Assembly (NCBI GenBank): GCA_010015805.1
Contig: ML978124.1
Coordinates: 2,356,001-2,420,000, forward strand
Source of the DNA: Rhizodiscina lignyota
Taxonomy: Eukaryota
DNA length: 64,000 nucleotides
Reading direction: 5' to 3'
Numbering within the stretch: position 1 is the stretch's first letter; each line of letters begins with the position of its first letter. Both the position numbers and the translations under genes were made by a program. Shown one piece after another: positions 12,627 to 24,034 of this stretch. The notes beneath the pieces were generated by a model. It saw only the letters and a program-made list of their open reading frames with translations. It did not search any database and had not been told where the DNA came from.

Positions 12627-12891
12627 AAAGATTAAGATATGTATTCAGCACCGCTCTACCGTGCCATTCTGTCTCGTTGTGTTGAAAGTTGCGATGAAAC
12701 GCAAGATGCAAGGTCGCGGTTCGGGCTCGTAAGAAAAAAGTTCAGGCATTTGGCGCGCCGCGCTCTTGACTCCACCACCCACCACTTTAACATCTTTTCT
12801 CCAACTTCCTTGCATCCGCAACAACACCTCCACCGAGAAATTCACCGCTCATCGCGAGCCTTGCTAAATTTCAGGTTAGCTGTTATACAAC

Positions 12892-13602
12892 ATGTCCTCT
12901 CGCAAAACCCTCGCCGCAGCGACAGAGGATCGCAAAGCGCGTCTCGCGCAGCTCAAGTCTCTCAAGCGCAAACAACCAAGCTACGACCAGCCAGGCGAGG
13001 GCCCCGACAAGGAAGATGGCCCTCCTCCCTCTAAAATTCAGAAATCTCCAACCCCAGAACTATCAGGTGCGGATCTTGCCGCTGTCGCAGCTTCCAAGAC
13101 GACTGACCGCTACCTCTCCGGCCGCAACTTCGACGCCGCAAATCGAGGCCCAAAGCTTGGGTTCGAAAACGCGCCTTCAGAAGGAAAAGTCACGCTCGAG
13201 GCGCAGGCCGCAGAGATCGCAGCGCAAACTAAGGCGGAAGCGGAGGCGGAGGAGGACGTGAACAAGCCGATCGATCTGTTTAGCTTGCAGCCCAAGAAGC
13301 CGAATTGGGACCTTAAACGCGACCTGGATGCGAAGCTGAAGATTCTGAACGTCAGGACGAATAATGCGATCGCGCAGCTAGTGAGGCAGCGCATCGACGC
13401 ACAGAAAGCAAAGGCATTGGAGGCGAAGAAGGGCAAGAAGAATGGTGATGGTGGAGGAACGGATGGCGAGGCTGGTGAAGAGGTAGAAGAAGTGGGAATG
13501 GAGGGTGTTGCGCTTGTGGAGGCGATGCATGTGAGAGAGAGGGAGCAGGAAGAAGAGGCTCGAATGGAGCAAGAGCTGGATGAGGTGTTGGCGGGATCGT
13601 GA
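12892..13602 (+). CDS. cwf18: Pre-mRNA splicing factor Cwf18
   Basis: DRKARLAQLKSLKRK, YLSGRNFD and IDLFSLQPKKPNWDLKRDL are Cwf18/CCDC12 signatures. Confidence 0.9.
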   Translation: MSSRKTLAAATEDRKARLAQLKSLKRKQPSYDQPGEGPDKEDGPPPSKIQKSPTPELSGADLAAVAASKTTDRYLSGRNFDAANRGPKLGFENAPSEGKVTLEAQAAEIAAQTKAEAEAEEDVNKPIDLFSLQPKKPNWDLKRDLDAKLKILNVRTNNAIAQLVRQRIDAQKAKALEAKKGKKNGDGGGTDGEAGEEVEEVGMEGVALVEAMHVREREQEEEARMEQELDEVLAGS

Positions 13603-14901
13603 ATGTGTTCAGTTTCGGCAGTCTTGACAACTGTCACGCTTCAACATATCGTTTCTGGACACTCCAGGGCAAACTCCCTTGCTCATAGCATGCTGTAAGG
13701 AGGATTTTAGCTGCGCTCTGGACGTTGCGCAAGGGCAAAAGACGGCTCACCTGACGGCGATTCAGGTTCGTCCCTTGTCCGTTCTAACCTTTGAATTATG
13801 AGTAGTCAATCTTCTGTGCCCAAGGGGGATTCTAGTAAGATCTCGTAGATTGAACGATCATCTCAAAGCTCACTCTCCAGACGTTCATGTGATGCAACTT
13901 TTTAGTGATACTCATACGAACTACATATTCTAACTCAGAACGCGAGGATATCCAACGAGACCAGCAATATGGTAACGAGTCGACTGAGAAGGTATTGTCG
14001 TCGCTCTCAGAACCACTAATCAAGACATGCATTAGGCTCTTATTTGCAGTTTTCTAAGAATGGTGTATCGAAAGGAATGTGGCCGCTTGGGGGAGTATAT
14101 GAGAATAAGGGAGCACTTGCATGTATATAAACTACCAGTAACTTGTTAAATGGAAATATATCGATAGTTGATTCACATCCCTAAATGTCTTGTGGATGTA
14201 TTAAATGCTAAGTTCCTATGAGATCATTACGCCTGAACGATTGAGGCGGAACTTATGCTTCGCGTTAAAGCTCATGTCCTGTGAACCACTTATCAGAGTA
14301 TTCATCAACATAAGAAATAATTCATTTACTAAGTATGAGCGCGCCATTTTGCACTACTCTATCAAACAATATAGTGCCATGATTCGCAAAAATCGCCCTG
14401 TAGCTTTGTTGCACCTTCTCTACATTGTCTGCCCATATGACTTCCTAACTACGCGTTTGCTCGCCGTAAATAATAGAATCCTTTTTAATTCGCATTACGT
14501 ACTATCATCTTAACTGATGGCTAAGCTATGGGTACATAGTAGCTAGAATGCAGGTGCATAGACAAATGAGTTAGGTATATGTATAAAATTAGATTATAGA
14601 TACATAGGCACCTATAATAATGGTATAGGACGACCTCGGGTTATGTACAACGGCACCCAAAAAAAAAGGGATTGCCAGGAGATTAGCAAAATAAAGACTA
14701 TGGACTTATTTTAATAACAAGTAGTTGATCTACTCGAAAGAATACGTAGAGTTTCATTAAATTTACCCACATTGAAGGCGAAAATGCAACCTTACCACAT
14801 ACCATTTTTACGTCTCAACTCATAACAACACCCAAAAAAAAACTGGAGCTACGATTTTTACTGCATTCGATAGAGCTCATCGAGATACATCCAAAAATAT
14901 A

Positions 14902-15042
14902 GGGCTTGTCCGTGGATCGAACACGGGGCCTCCTGCAAGATAGAAAAAACCCAAAGCAGGAATCATACCACTCCAGAGGAAGTTAGCTCAGCGTCAGAAT
15001 TGATGGGACGGGAAAAGGAACACCAACCTAGACCAACAAGCC
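14902..15042 (-). tRNA. tRNA-Pro(TGG) in three exons (15042-15028, 14970-14950, 14937-14902), with a 57-nt D-loop intron and a 12-nt anticodon-loop intron
   Basis: Joined exons give GGCTTGTTGGTCTAG-TGGTATGATTCCTGCTTTGGG-TGCAGGAGGCCCCGTGTTCGATCCACGGACAAGCCC (72 nt): acceptor stem GGCTTGT/ACAAGCC, anticodon stem CCTGC/GCAGG, anticodon TGG, T arm CCGTG-TTCGATC-CACGG; T5 run just downstream. Confidence 0.88.
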
Positions 15043-15713
15043 GAAAACTTGCCGATTTAAAACCCTTATCTCGAATATATATCGTATTACAAAGATTGTT
15101 GGGACGGGACGGAAACGGGCCTTAGGGACTTTTGATAAAATCAAAAATTTCACAACTTTAATTAACTGGGTAGTACGTCACTTGCTTTTATCAATAGAAA
15201 AGCCTGATTTATTTAACTCCAATTATTAACTCCGATGTATTTGCAAATATCTACCCTTTTTTTTCAAGGAACGGGCAAGTTGTAAGGGCTACGGATAGAG
15301 GGTTGAATTTCCTTTCGTAGAGGGAGCGAGCGAGCGCATGGTTTATAATTTCATTCTTTAAGAGCTACATATTAAAAGCCAATTTGCAACTACATTAAAT
15401 TATATATTCATAACTAGATGAAATCTCTGTCCGACAGGACCGGACGAAAAGCCTGAAAATGGGAGTGGTTGCCGAATAAAAGCCGAGCTCTAATATACGA
15501 GCTGTGAAATGGCCCTTGGAGCACATCCATTGTTCAAGTATTCAACTTCATTCCGCAGCATTTAAGTCGCACAATCGGGTCTTTATTGGTATTGTTCCTA
15601 TTGTGTTTAGTATAGCAAATATATTTCTAATATATTCCCAGGCCATACAATTCTCGCTCAATGCCTCCATATCTTCTGTTACCTCTATTACCTCTTCAAC
15701 ACGTCTACCCAAG

Positions 15714-16565
15714 ATGACAGCAAACCCAACAATTCTCTACTTCGTACCCGAGTCCGTACCCGGCAAAATCAAATCCGACATCACAGAGCGTCTCGTGCAC
15801 GCCTTCGATGCTACGCCGCTAGGTCAATGGGGCTTGGAACACAGGCTATTTCGCAGCTCCGCGGCGACGAAAGAAACCGTTGAAAAGGATGGCAGAAAAG
15901 CGCAGGAATGGCGCTATTTGCATCTACTACAGATGAACATGGGACGCAATGACCTCCTCGGCACCGGGAACGAAGGACACGATGACGTTGCGCTGGTGTG
16001 CTTCTCAGACAGCGGGAGTAGCCTCCCGCCAGTCCCAAAAGCATCCAACACGAATACGGATGTGAAGAAAGAGGATGGTGAAGAAAAGGTCAACGAAGAG
16101 ATGGAGAAGGAGGATTTGCCGATAACATCGATCCCCGCATTCCAATTGCCGGAATATAGCGCGATGCTCAGCACGAAAATGGGCGGGCTGTGGACCCCAC
16201 GTGCCGCGGTACACGTCGCGAACGGTTCCAGCTACGTGATTGGCGATGACAAATTTCTTGTCAGGGTTGGGGAGGTGCGGCAGAGGACTGGGCCGGGCGG
16301 ACAACAGCAAGGTGTTAAAGGTGTTGTTGTGGCCATTGAGATGGTTGGCGCGTCTGATGTTGATAGTGGGGATAAAGGGCTCTCAGACGACGAGAGGGAA
16401 AAGGCAGAAGAGGAAGAGGCAGAATATATGGATCAGATGATTAGGGGGCTGTGGAGGGAGCTCGGGACGGATGGAGGAAAGGAGTTTGCGACCAAAAGGG
16501 GCAAATCGCGGGATGGAGATGAGATTGTAAGGCAGTGGTGTCAGGTGTTGAAGCTAAGAGGATGA
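15714..16565 (+). CDS. MED20: Mediator complex subunit Med20 (Srb2)-like
   Basis: GQWGLEHRLFR and LWTPRAAVHVANGSSYVIG..FLVRVGEVRQ...KGVVVAIE resemble fungal Med20; ATG in AAGATG context at 15714. Confidence 0.7.
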   Translation: MTANPTILYFVPESVPGKIKSDITERLVHAFDATPLGQWGLEHRLFRSSAATKETVEKDGRKAQEWRYLHLLQMNMGRNDLLGTGNEGHDDVALVCFSDSGSSLPPVPKASNTNTDVKKEDGEEKVNEEMEKEDLPITSIPAFQLPEYSAMLSTKMGGLWTPRAAVHVANGSSYVIGDDKFLVRVGEVRQRTGPGGQQQGVKGVVVAIEMVGASDVDSGDKGLSDDEREKAEEEEAEYMDQMIRGLWRELGTDGGKEFATKRGKSRDGDEIVRQWCQVLKLRG

Positions 16566-16586
16566 TTAGATACTACATTGTTTGCA

Positions 16587-17886
16587 ATGGGCCTCTGTGA
16601 AGGCGGCAATGGAGGTCAATTAGTTGCAGTTTGCCCTCTGGTAACCTATCCGATACCCCAGCTGCAGCTATATGCTGAGAATGTATTCAATGGCTTGGAC
16701 CTCGACGGCGCGTTATCGGAAGCAGATTTCCAATAGTATGACCTTGAAGCCATCTCAGAGGATGAATCGCCTGAAGACGGGAGCTCATCGGAAGAACAAT
16801 TGTCTGACGAAGACTATTCGTTTGAAGTTGAACCTTCGCGCGAGGAAGACTGTTGGGGCTTCGACAGAGAGTGGCTACCTGATGCTGAAGAGGACAATGA
16901 CTCCGAAGACGGCCACGGTATCAGGGTGACGGGAAGGACCAGGATGATGACGGCTCTGAAGCTGAAGACTTCGATGACCCCAAAGGTGAGGACGATGATG
17001 ACTCCGGACAATACTCAAACTAACGGTCTAGTTCCTCAACTTCTTCTCACTACAGGAGACTTTCATGAATCACTGGAGCAGCTTCAGAAGGAACTTGAAA
17101 CGCGTATGAGCGCCATTGCTAAGGAGAACGGATGCCCCTGTCCAATCGGAGATATCTGCATACCAAAGGGCTTGAAAGTCTTACACCTACTCAACATATC
17201 GGCGAAATTCCCCAGACGCAAGAACTGGAATAAGGCATGGCAACCGTCACTACTCCACGATCCAGCATACTCGATAAAGCAGATTCTTCTTGAGATTTTT
17301 GCAGATATTGGCAGTGATGCGCTCTAACGTCTAATGGATTCAATTCCCATGAAACTTTGGCATCTCCCGAAAGATGGCAGGCGCTTTAGAGGAGACGCGA
17401 TCTGGAGAAACTCGCCATTCTTACCTGTTTGCGAGAGGTGGTTCGAAGCTGTCCTGGATCTTCTGGTTCAAAATGGCTTGGAGGAGATCGTCGTGTACGG
17501 TATTCTAGCTCATAACACGACAAGACGGTAGATGAAAAAGTACTCGGAGTATGCTGGTTCGGTTCAACTGACCTGTGTTAATCATCCTGAATTCGTTGGA
17601 TTGTATGCTTCCGATGCAGAATTTGAGGAGAATATCGACAAGCTTGTCAAGGTCAGAGAGGAACATGGTCTTGAGGTGCATACGGAATAGATGCGCAGTC
17701 CGCGCAAGGTGAAGAAGCGTCCATATTAAGGACACATCCCTACCCGTGTTTGGAGGAGTATTCGGCATGTTGAGGAATCTATTCATCCCAACTTACGCCA
17801 ACTTAGAAAACTCGTACATTTGGCTGCTCAGCTTTCTTCAACAAAGAGCACCCCGAATACGCAGGTACACTGCAAATGTCAATAGC
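16587..17886 (+). pseudogene. Decayed gene of unknown function with an acidic N-terminal region
   Basis: One protein-like frame interrupted by isolated stops (about 16734 TAG, 17325 TAA, 17529 TAG, about 17688 TAG, about 17727 TAA); the Asp/Glu-rich tract slips into another frame around 16920-17020; boundaries approximate. Confidence 0.5.
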
Positions 17887-20800
17887 CATTACACCTGACA
17901 AGGCACACTTGTGTTCATTCCAAGCCACTTATAATGCAAATGGTTCTTCTAACTCCATACGACTTATCCCTAGCCGTTGTACTAAAGCATCATCGGCATT
18001 CTATCCCGTCACTGTTCAACACCATAGAGCACATGATCTCCGCTTGGTTCCTAGGATGGTTTCCCGGAGTCCTTTCGCGTAGGTGTTGGCGCTGGTATCG
18101 ATGACAGTTTGATAAGTGGCTACGAGGTAATATTTATAGAGAGAAAATTTGGGTGTGCAAGCAGTGAAAGCTGAGACGACGAGTCACAAGCAGAATTTAA
18201 AGTGTCCTATGAAATACTAACTCTGTCATCAGGACGAATACTGACGCCGTCATTTCTGGAACCACCGCCGCAGGCCCGCAATGTCATATTGTTTTGACGG
18301 TCATGGAGGTGGGCGATCGTGAGACGCAGGCTCCGGGCCTAGCGCAGCAGGAGTTCTGGACATGAGATGGTATCGTACGCCTTCGCTTTCCCTGGTTCAG
18401 GATGCTGGGCCAACGGAAAGGGCCAAAGCTCATAAAGTTGGGATGAGGACAGCCAACCCGCCGACGAGAGTGGTTGAGAGGGCTTGAATTGCCCTCGTTA
18501 GGTGTCAATCCTCACTTTGCGTGTCGTATTCGTCTACTGTTCGTGGCGAATGAAGTTGTCAAGGATAGCTGGTATTCCGAGAATCTCTCCCTGACTTCTT
18601 GGTGTGGTGTTTCGATCAGGTCTCAATGCTTCACACAAACTTATACAACTCCGCCGGAGATGGAAACGTCGTCAAGGTAGAATCAGCCCTGTCGAGTCAG
18701 CCCGTACAACGAGTGAGCGAGAGGGAAAGCAGAGTGCCATTTCTATCCTGCATGAATGGCATTTGTGTTCGAAATTCATCATCGTCTGGTATACAGAAAC
18801 TCCCGCAAGGAAGTCCCTTCAAGCCGTCTCACACCCGTCACTGGCTCCTGAAAACTAGACGCGGTTAAACCAGCAGCATGTTCCCGTCTGAGAATCGTCG
18901 TGATGCGCACGGAGTACATCGCTCGATGCAAACTCGGTGAAGGCATCAAGGTGCTTTGTTGAGTCCTTCATCATTAGTAGGCTTATGTTGGACATCTTCA
19001 TATTGAGAGTTGAATTACTCATGGCGAACATTCCAACTTAACAGGGAAATGATAGTGGAGACTAGAGAGGAGCATTGATGAGACGATCAGAGCTTCAACG
19101 AGGAATAACGAACGTAAAGTAAACACTTATCCTATGTTCTGTGCATACTGCGACTCAGAGACATGAGTGTATTCAGACATGCCGTACGAGGTATCGATTC
19201 GGACATGCCGTCTCAAGTGTATTCACCGCAAGACCGTCGGGAGTCTAGCCGCCTAAAGAGGCAATGTCCGATGGCTCTGGCTCTTTTGTCGGTCAAGATC
19301 TTGACCTTCCACAAAGGACGCCAAGAACACATCCAGCGGAAGTCTGGTGTCGGCACTCAATGCACATCGCACCGTCCTGACGCGGCCGTGCGGCCGTCGG
19401 CATCAAGCCGTCGGCGTTTCAGCGCAACCGTGTTTCCAGTTTCCGCATTCGTAAGGTGCGCTTCCTACCCGGTGCCGACGCACCTTACTTCCGACTTCCG
19501 ACGATATTGCCGTGGAACTCCGCTGTGCGGTTTGAGGCCATGCAGGTGTACAAATGTGTGCATGTACATAAGACAAGGAAACAGGAAAGCCCATGATGAC
19601 GACGATGCGTCGATCACGCTTTTCCGAGCCGGCCACTCGGGTCCTTGCGAGGATGTTTGCACTGCAAACGCCTAGGCCTTTGGGCAGCTTTTTGTATCCA
19701 GGGCCAGGCCTTATGTCCCCGTGGAAGGTACATTGGTACCTGGTACCTGTTTGTTTTTGCGGATGAGGAAGTATTTACGAGGGAAATAAGCCGGGTATGA
19801 GAAAGTTGACGTTGGACAATGGCAAAAATAAGAATGTGGATGAGAGGGCTGATGGCTATGGCCAGCCTGAGTTCATGCCTTGGGCCAGGAACGACAGTGC
19901 GGCATCGCATTGATGATTCATTGATGAATGACCATGCGGAAGGAGAGTTTCGCGGCTCGTGCTTTGTCGCGAATCTGATGGGCTTGTTGAGGGCATGCAA
20001 ATTCGACATGCCGAATGAGCAAGAAAGGCCGAAGGAGTGAGAATGAAAAGCTTGTTTTGGAAGGTAACGTGCTTCGGGACATGATGCTGGGAGGGGTGTG
20101 AAGGAGATTCAAGGAAGATAGGGAGGCAAATCAGATGTAAGACGCTTGGGCACGAAAGGGAGTATCGACGATTTTCGTTGTCTTGCGGAGGGTTGCTTTA
20201 TGAAAGAAAGTTTGAATTGGAGTATTACGAGATGGTGTGCTTAAAATATGACATGTGTAGGTCACCCCAAGATCAGTCGGTGATTGGCCCATTAGCGGAA
20301 GGAGAGTGACGGCAAGAGATAATCATATTATCAGATATTATCAGATCTCCATCTAGATTGTGGCAATATAGAACCCTACAGGGAAGGTCACCAGGTGTGG
20401 AGTGCTTGCGGCTCCGCAAAGAATTTGTCTTTTGGCTTGAGGTCCATGCGCTCTCTTCAGGAATTGCGGGCCGACGAAGATTGCCTGGCGACGATTTCCG
20501 TGCGAACAAGCGAATGCTGGTAAATGATGTGCGGGCCCTGCCCTTCCACCATCCGGATGAATTCCGGCAAAGACGGGCTTCGACGTCGGAAGATTCCCAA
20601 TATCTGCGCCATTCGGATGGATGGAGCCAGAGCAATAAGAAAAGGTCTCCATTAAACGGTAATGCTCTTCAGGCGAGCCGTTGCATTTAGGTAAAGACAA
20701 TTCAGGACTTGACAAAGCACGAGGTTGCGTTGGAGATCTGACAGTAACATTGCAATGGTGTCCCTGAACGCCGGAACCGAGTCCAGCGCACTGGTGTCGA

Positions 20801-23140
20801 TATGCCAGGAAGAGCGTTGCAAGTTGTTGGAGTTGGGAAGGCAGCAAATTTTGCACAGCCGCGCCGTTGGTGTTTGAAATAAACCATTCTGAAACAATGG
20901 AAGCGCTTTTCCAGAAGGCTGAGAGCAGTGAGCATGCAACTATGTCCTCCGTATAGAAAAGGCGCCGTGATTTTCAGATCATGCGCAAAATGCAGAGCCT
21001 ACGAGTCAGGGAGCGGGCGCCTGTTGATGCTTGCAGGCGCAGCTCAAGAAACTCGCCGAGCGACAAGCCGGCGCTAAAAGGAGCAGTCGGCCTACTGGAA
21101 GAACGAGAGAGCTTGCTCTGCTGCATGGCGCGGAGTCAGGGCCACACAGCTTACGCCTGACAGAAGGACAGTCGAAGCAGGCGAGCCGGGAGCGCTTCAA
21201 GGATTCTGCAGTTTATTGATCCTTCAGCCTGCTGCAGCGTTGATAGCCGCCCCTCACACCTCATTACGTGCAGGAGCAGCACCCCAGTCGCCGTTTTCCC
21301 TAATTCGCAAGCTAGTCCCGTAGGGGTCCTTGATGGTGATGCTTGCTTTCTCGCCTGCCTTTGACGCTGGACGATCGCGACGCGCTCCGGCCCAACGCCG
21401 ACGCTTCTGGCGGGACGGCACGAGCGGGGTCAAGGCGTGAGTGGTTCCAGACGGAGGAGGACGAGACGGCTAAGGTGGCTGACTCTGACGAAAGAAGGTC
21501 ACGCTGACGGCTCTGGCGCCTAGGGCGGGAGACGCAGGACGTCCCGAAAGTCCGCCATGGTGTGGTGTACTTGATAGTGAATGACGCCAGCGCTGTCACA
21601 TCAAATGCCGTTTGGCGCAGGTCCTGACGAGTTGCAAGCCGCATACGTACATGGGCGGCGGCAGAATGGCAGAACAGAGGTGGGCGGCAAGGCCACCATG
21701 TGCGATTCGCACGATGCGACGGGCGCTTAAGTTGGAGGAGGAAGCGAAAGGCGAGATGCAACAGCCAGCCACGAAGGAGCGCGCGACATGGGAAATTGAA
21801 TGCTGCTGCTGCCCTTCATTCTCTCGAGGCTGCAAGGCTCAGGAGAGCACTCGCAATTATAGCGACGGGCTCTATAGGCCTGGTTCCAGACGGGCAGAAA
21901 CGGGGTGGAAGCGCAGGATGCGGCAGTGGGCGTGGTAGGAGACGAGCGGTTGGTTGCTTGGACATGTTGCACTCGGCGCGGCCACACAGCGCGTTTTCGT
22001 TGGAAGGCGAAGCGGTGGGAAGGAATACGACGCCGCGAATGCCCCGAGCAAGTCAGCGGCCGGAGCGCGCTGGAGAGATTACGAGGATCATTCTCTCTTT
22101 CGACGCCGGCCGACATCTGCGTATCCAGCGCGGTGGTACGTCGTGGGAGGCACAGCAAGCAGAGCAAGCATCCCGGCCACTGAGCTCGGGGCCGTGCGTT
22201 GCCTCACACTCGCCCGTAGCGCTCAGCTGGCGCGACGGCGCTTAGCTGGGGGCAGTCGCGCGACGTCGGCTGAGACGCAGCGGCGCAGCTTAAGTACCTC
22301 TCCTGATTCCGCGCCGGGCAGCGGGAGTGCGAGGGAGAGGTTGTGCGGCGCACGTCGCACGGAGGAATGAGGTGCAGGCAGGCGAGTGGCAGCGCTTGCT
22401 GCAGCGCGCTTGCGGCGTCGCAGCTCTGGCGCCAGTCGACGCGCCGCTTGCGACGGAGCCGAATCACGTCGCGCCATCTCGTGCCACGCCGCCAGGGGAA
22501 GGCGCTGCACCGCACACGCTCCGCACTCGCAGCATTTGGGACTCGCAGGCCTCTCACAGCGCTGGAGCTGGCTGTTGGTGAGTGGCACGCGCCTCCGATC
22601 CGCCGAGCGCAACACCGCCCCATGGGCCCATCTGCTCGCAGGAGGAAAGTAGCTATGTACGCTCCGACGAGCTGCACCGAACTGACTGCAAAGGGCGGGC
22701 CGGCACGACGCTCGCTGCACCTGCTTCTTCTCCGAGTAGCTCTGTGCAACGCGGCGCACATATCGCAGAGGTCATATCACCGTCATAGCCGCACACTGCC
22801 GCAGCAGGCGAGCGACGCCCTCCAGTCAGCCTTAGACGCCGAGTAAGCAGGGCCCCTGGCCGCCTGGCCGTGACTGCTCCTTGACCCGACCGCGAGCGGC
22901 TAGGGTGGCATTTGAGGCCGGCGGAGGGCAGGCTGAGATGGGCGCTTGACATCGGCCAATTTTCTCTGGCCCTGCAGTGCTCCTCTGACGCCGTGCCTCG
23001 CGGCCCCAATCAGCGCATGCGACGGTGGTGATGGCATGGGCCCCCGGGCGGCGCCTGTGAGTGGGTGGAGATGGCATCGTTCGCTGCGCGTTGTGTAGTG
23101 GAGGGCAGGAGAGAAGCTGCTCTGCAGCGCGGTGCTGTGC

Positions 23141-23170
23141 CATCCCATCCCATCCCATCCCATCCCATCC
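23141..23170. repeat. (CATCC)6 microsatellite
   Basis: Six perfect pentamer copies followed by degenerate CTGT/CCCATC units. Confidence 0.95.
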
Positions 23171-24034
23171 TGTCTGTCTGTCCCATCCTGTCCCATCGAG
23201 AGAAAAGCAGGCGCTGCCCGTCGCGGCGACATTTCTGCTCTTCTCCCCCCAAATAGCCTGCCGCTGCCTCCCCGATCTCGCATCACCACGTCGTCGCCCA
23301 GTACTCACTCACGCCCTCGCACCGCTCGCCAGCACCCATCGCATCGCAGCGCCGCCTCTCGCCCGTCGTACTTCGCGGTAGGGCCCGGCACAAGGCAGAT
23401 CGAGGCAACGGAGAGATCTTGCTTGCACGCGCGGACGCTTGCCCCGTTCCACGCAAGTCGCGCGTGAAGCTGCTCATTACCCGAGCCACCCGCCAGCCCC
23501 AGAGCAGCAGCGCAACACCACCGCGCACCCAGCACCGCAATTCCTCGCCGCAAAGCTGCCTTCGTGCCTGGCCATTCGCGACGCAATAAAACCCTCTTCG
23601 CCCGGCCCAGTAAGGCTGTCTGACGTGAGCTTGCGACACCCGACCTCCCCGTCACTGCTGCTCCCGATTAGGCGCGGGCAGCCGCTGCGAGAGCCCTAGG
23701 CGCGCACCAAGAAGCTCGAGCTGCTGCGAGCTCTGGCCCAGCGAGGGATCAATACAATCGAAGCCGACTTCTCTCGTTCCATCCGCTGCATTGCCATCTG
23801 TCTCACCCTCCGGCCCATTGCTGCGACGCGACCCTCAGCGCCTTTTTTCGCGTCCCATATTCGTGCGCTGCCACCTCTGCGACCACTCTCGGGACAGCTT
23901 TGCCACTGCGCTCGCAAGAAGGGAACCCAATTCTAGAAAAATTTCTAGAGAAATATCCCAGCGCGCATTCCGGGCACGGCATATCTGTCGCCCTTTCTAC
24001 ACCTCCTCCCCCCGACCGGCCAGCCATTCGCGTC

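Noticed and set aside
13740..13790. Possible tRNA remnant around GGTTCGTCCC
   Set aside because: No valid B box or cloverleaf could be built
15504..15713. N-terminal extension of MED20 from a GTG start in the ORF track
   Set aside because: AT-rich promoter or UTR-like sequence; the ATG at 15714 has good context
21300..23700. Many overlapping 100-185 aa ORFs on both strands
   Set aside because: Arg/Ala/Pro-rich translations are expected from GC-rich DNA with few stops; no motifs or consistent splice structure
23931..23952. Heat-shock-element-like TTCTAGAAAAATTTCTAGAG
   Set aside because: Only two properly phased nGAAn units and probably inside the transcribed leader; not supportable
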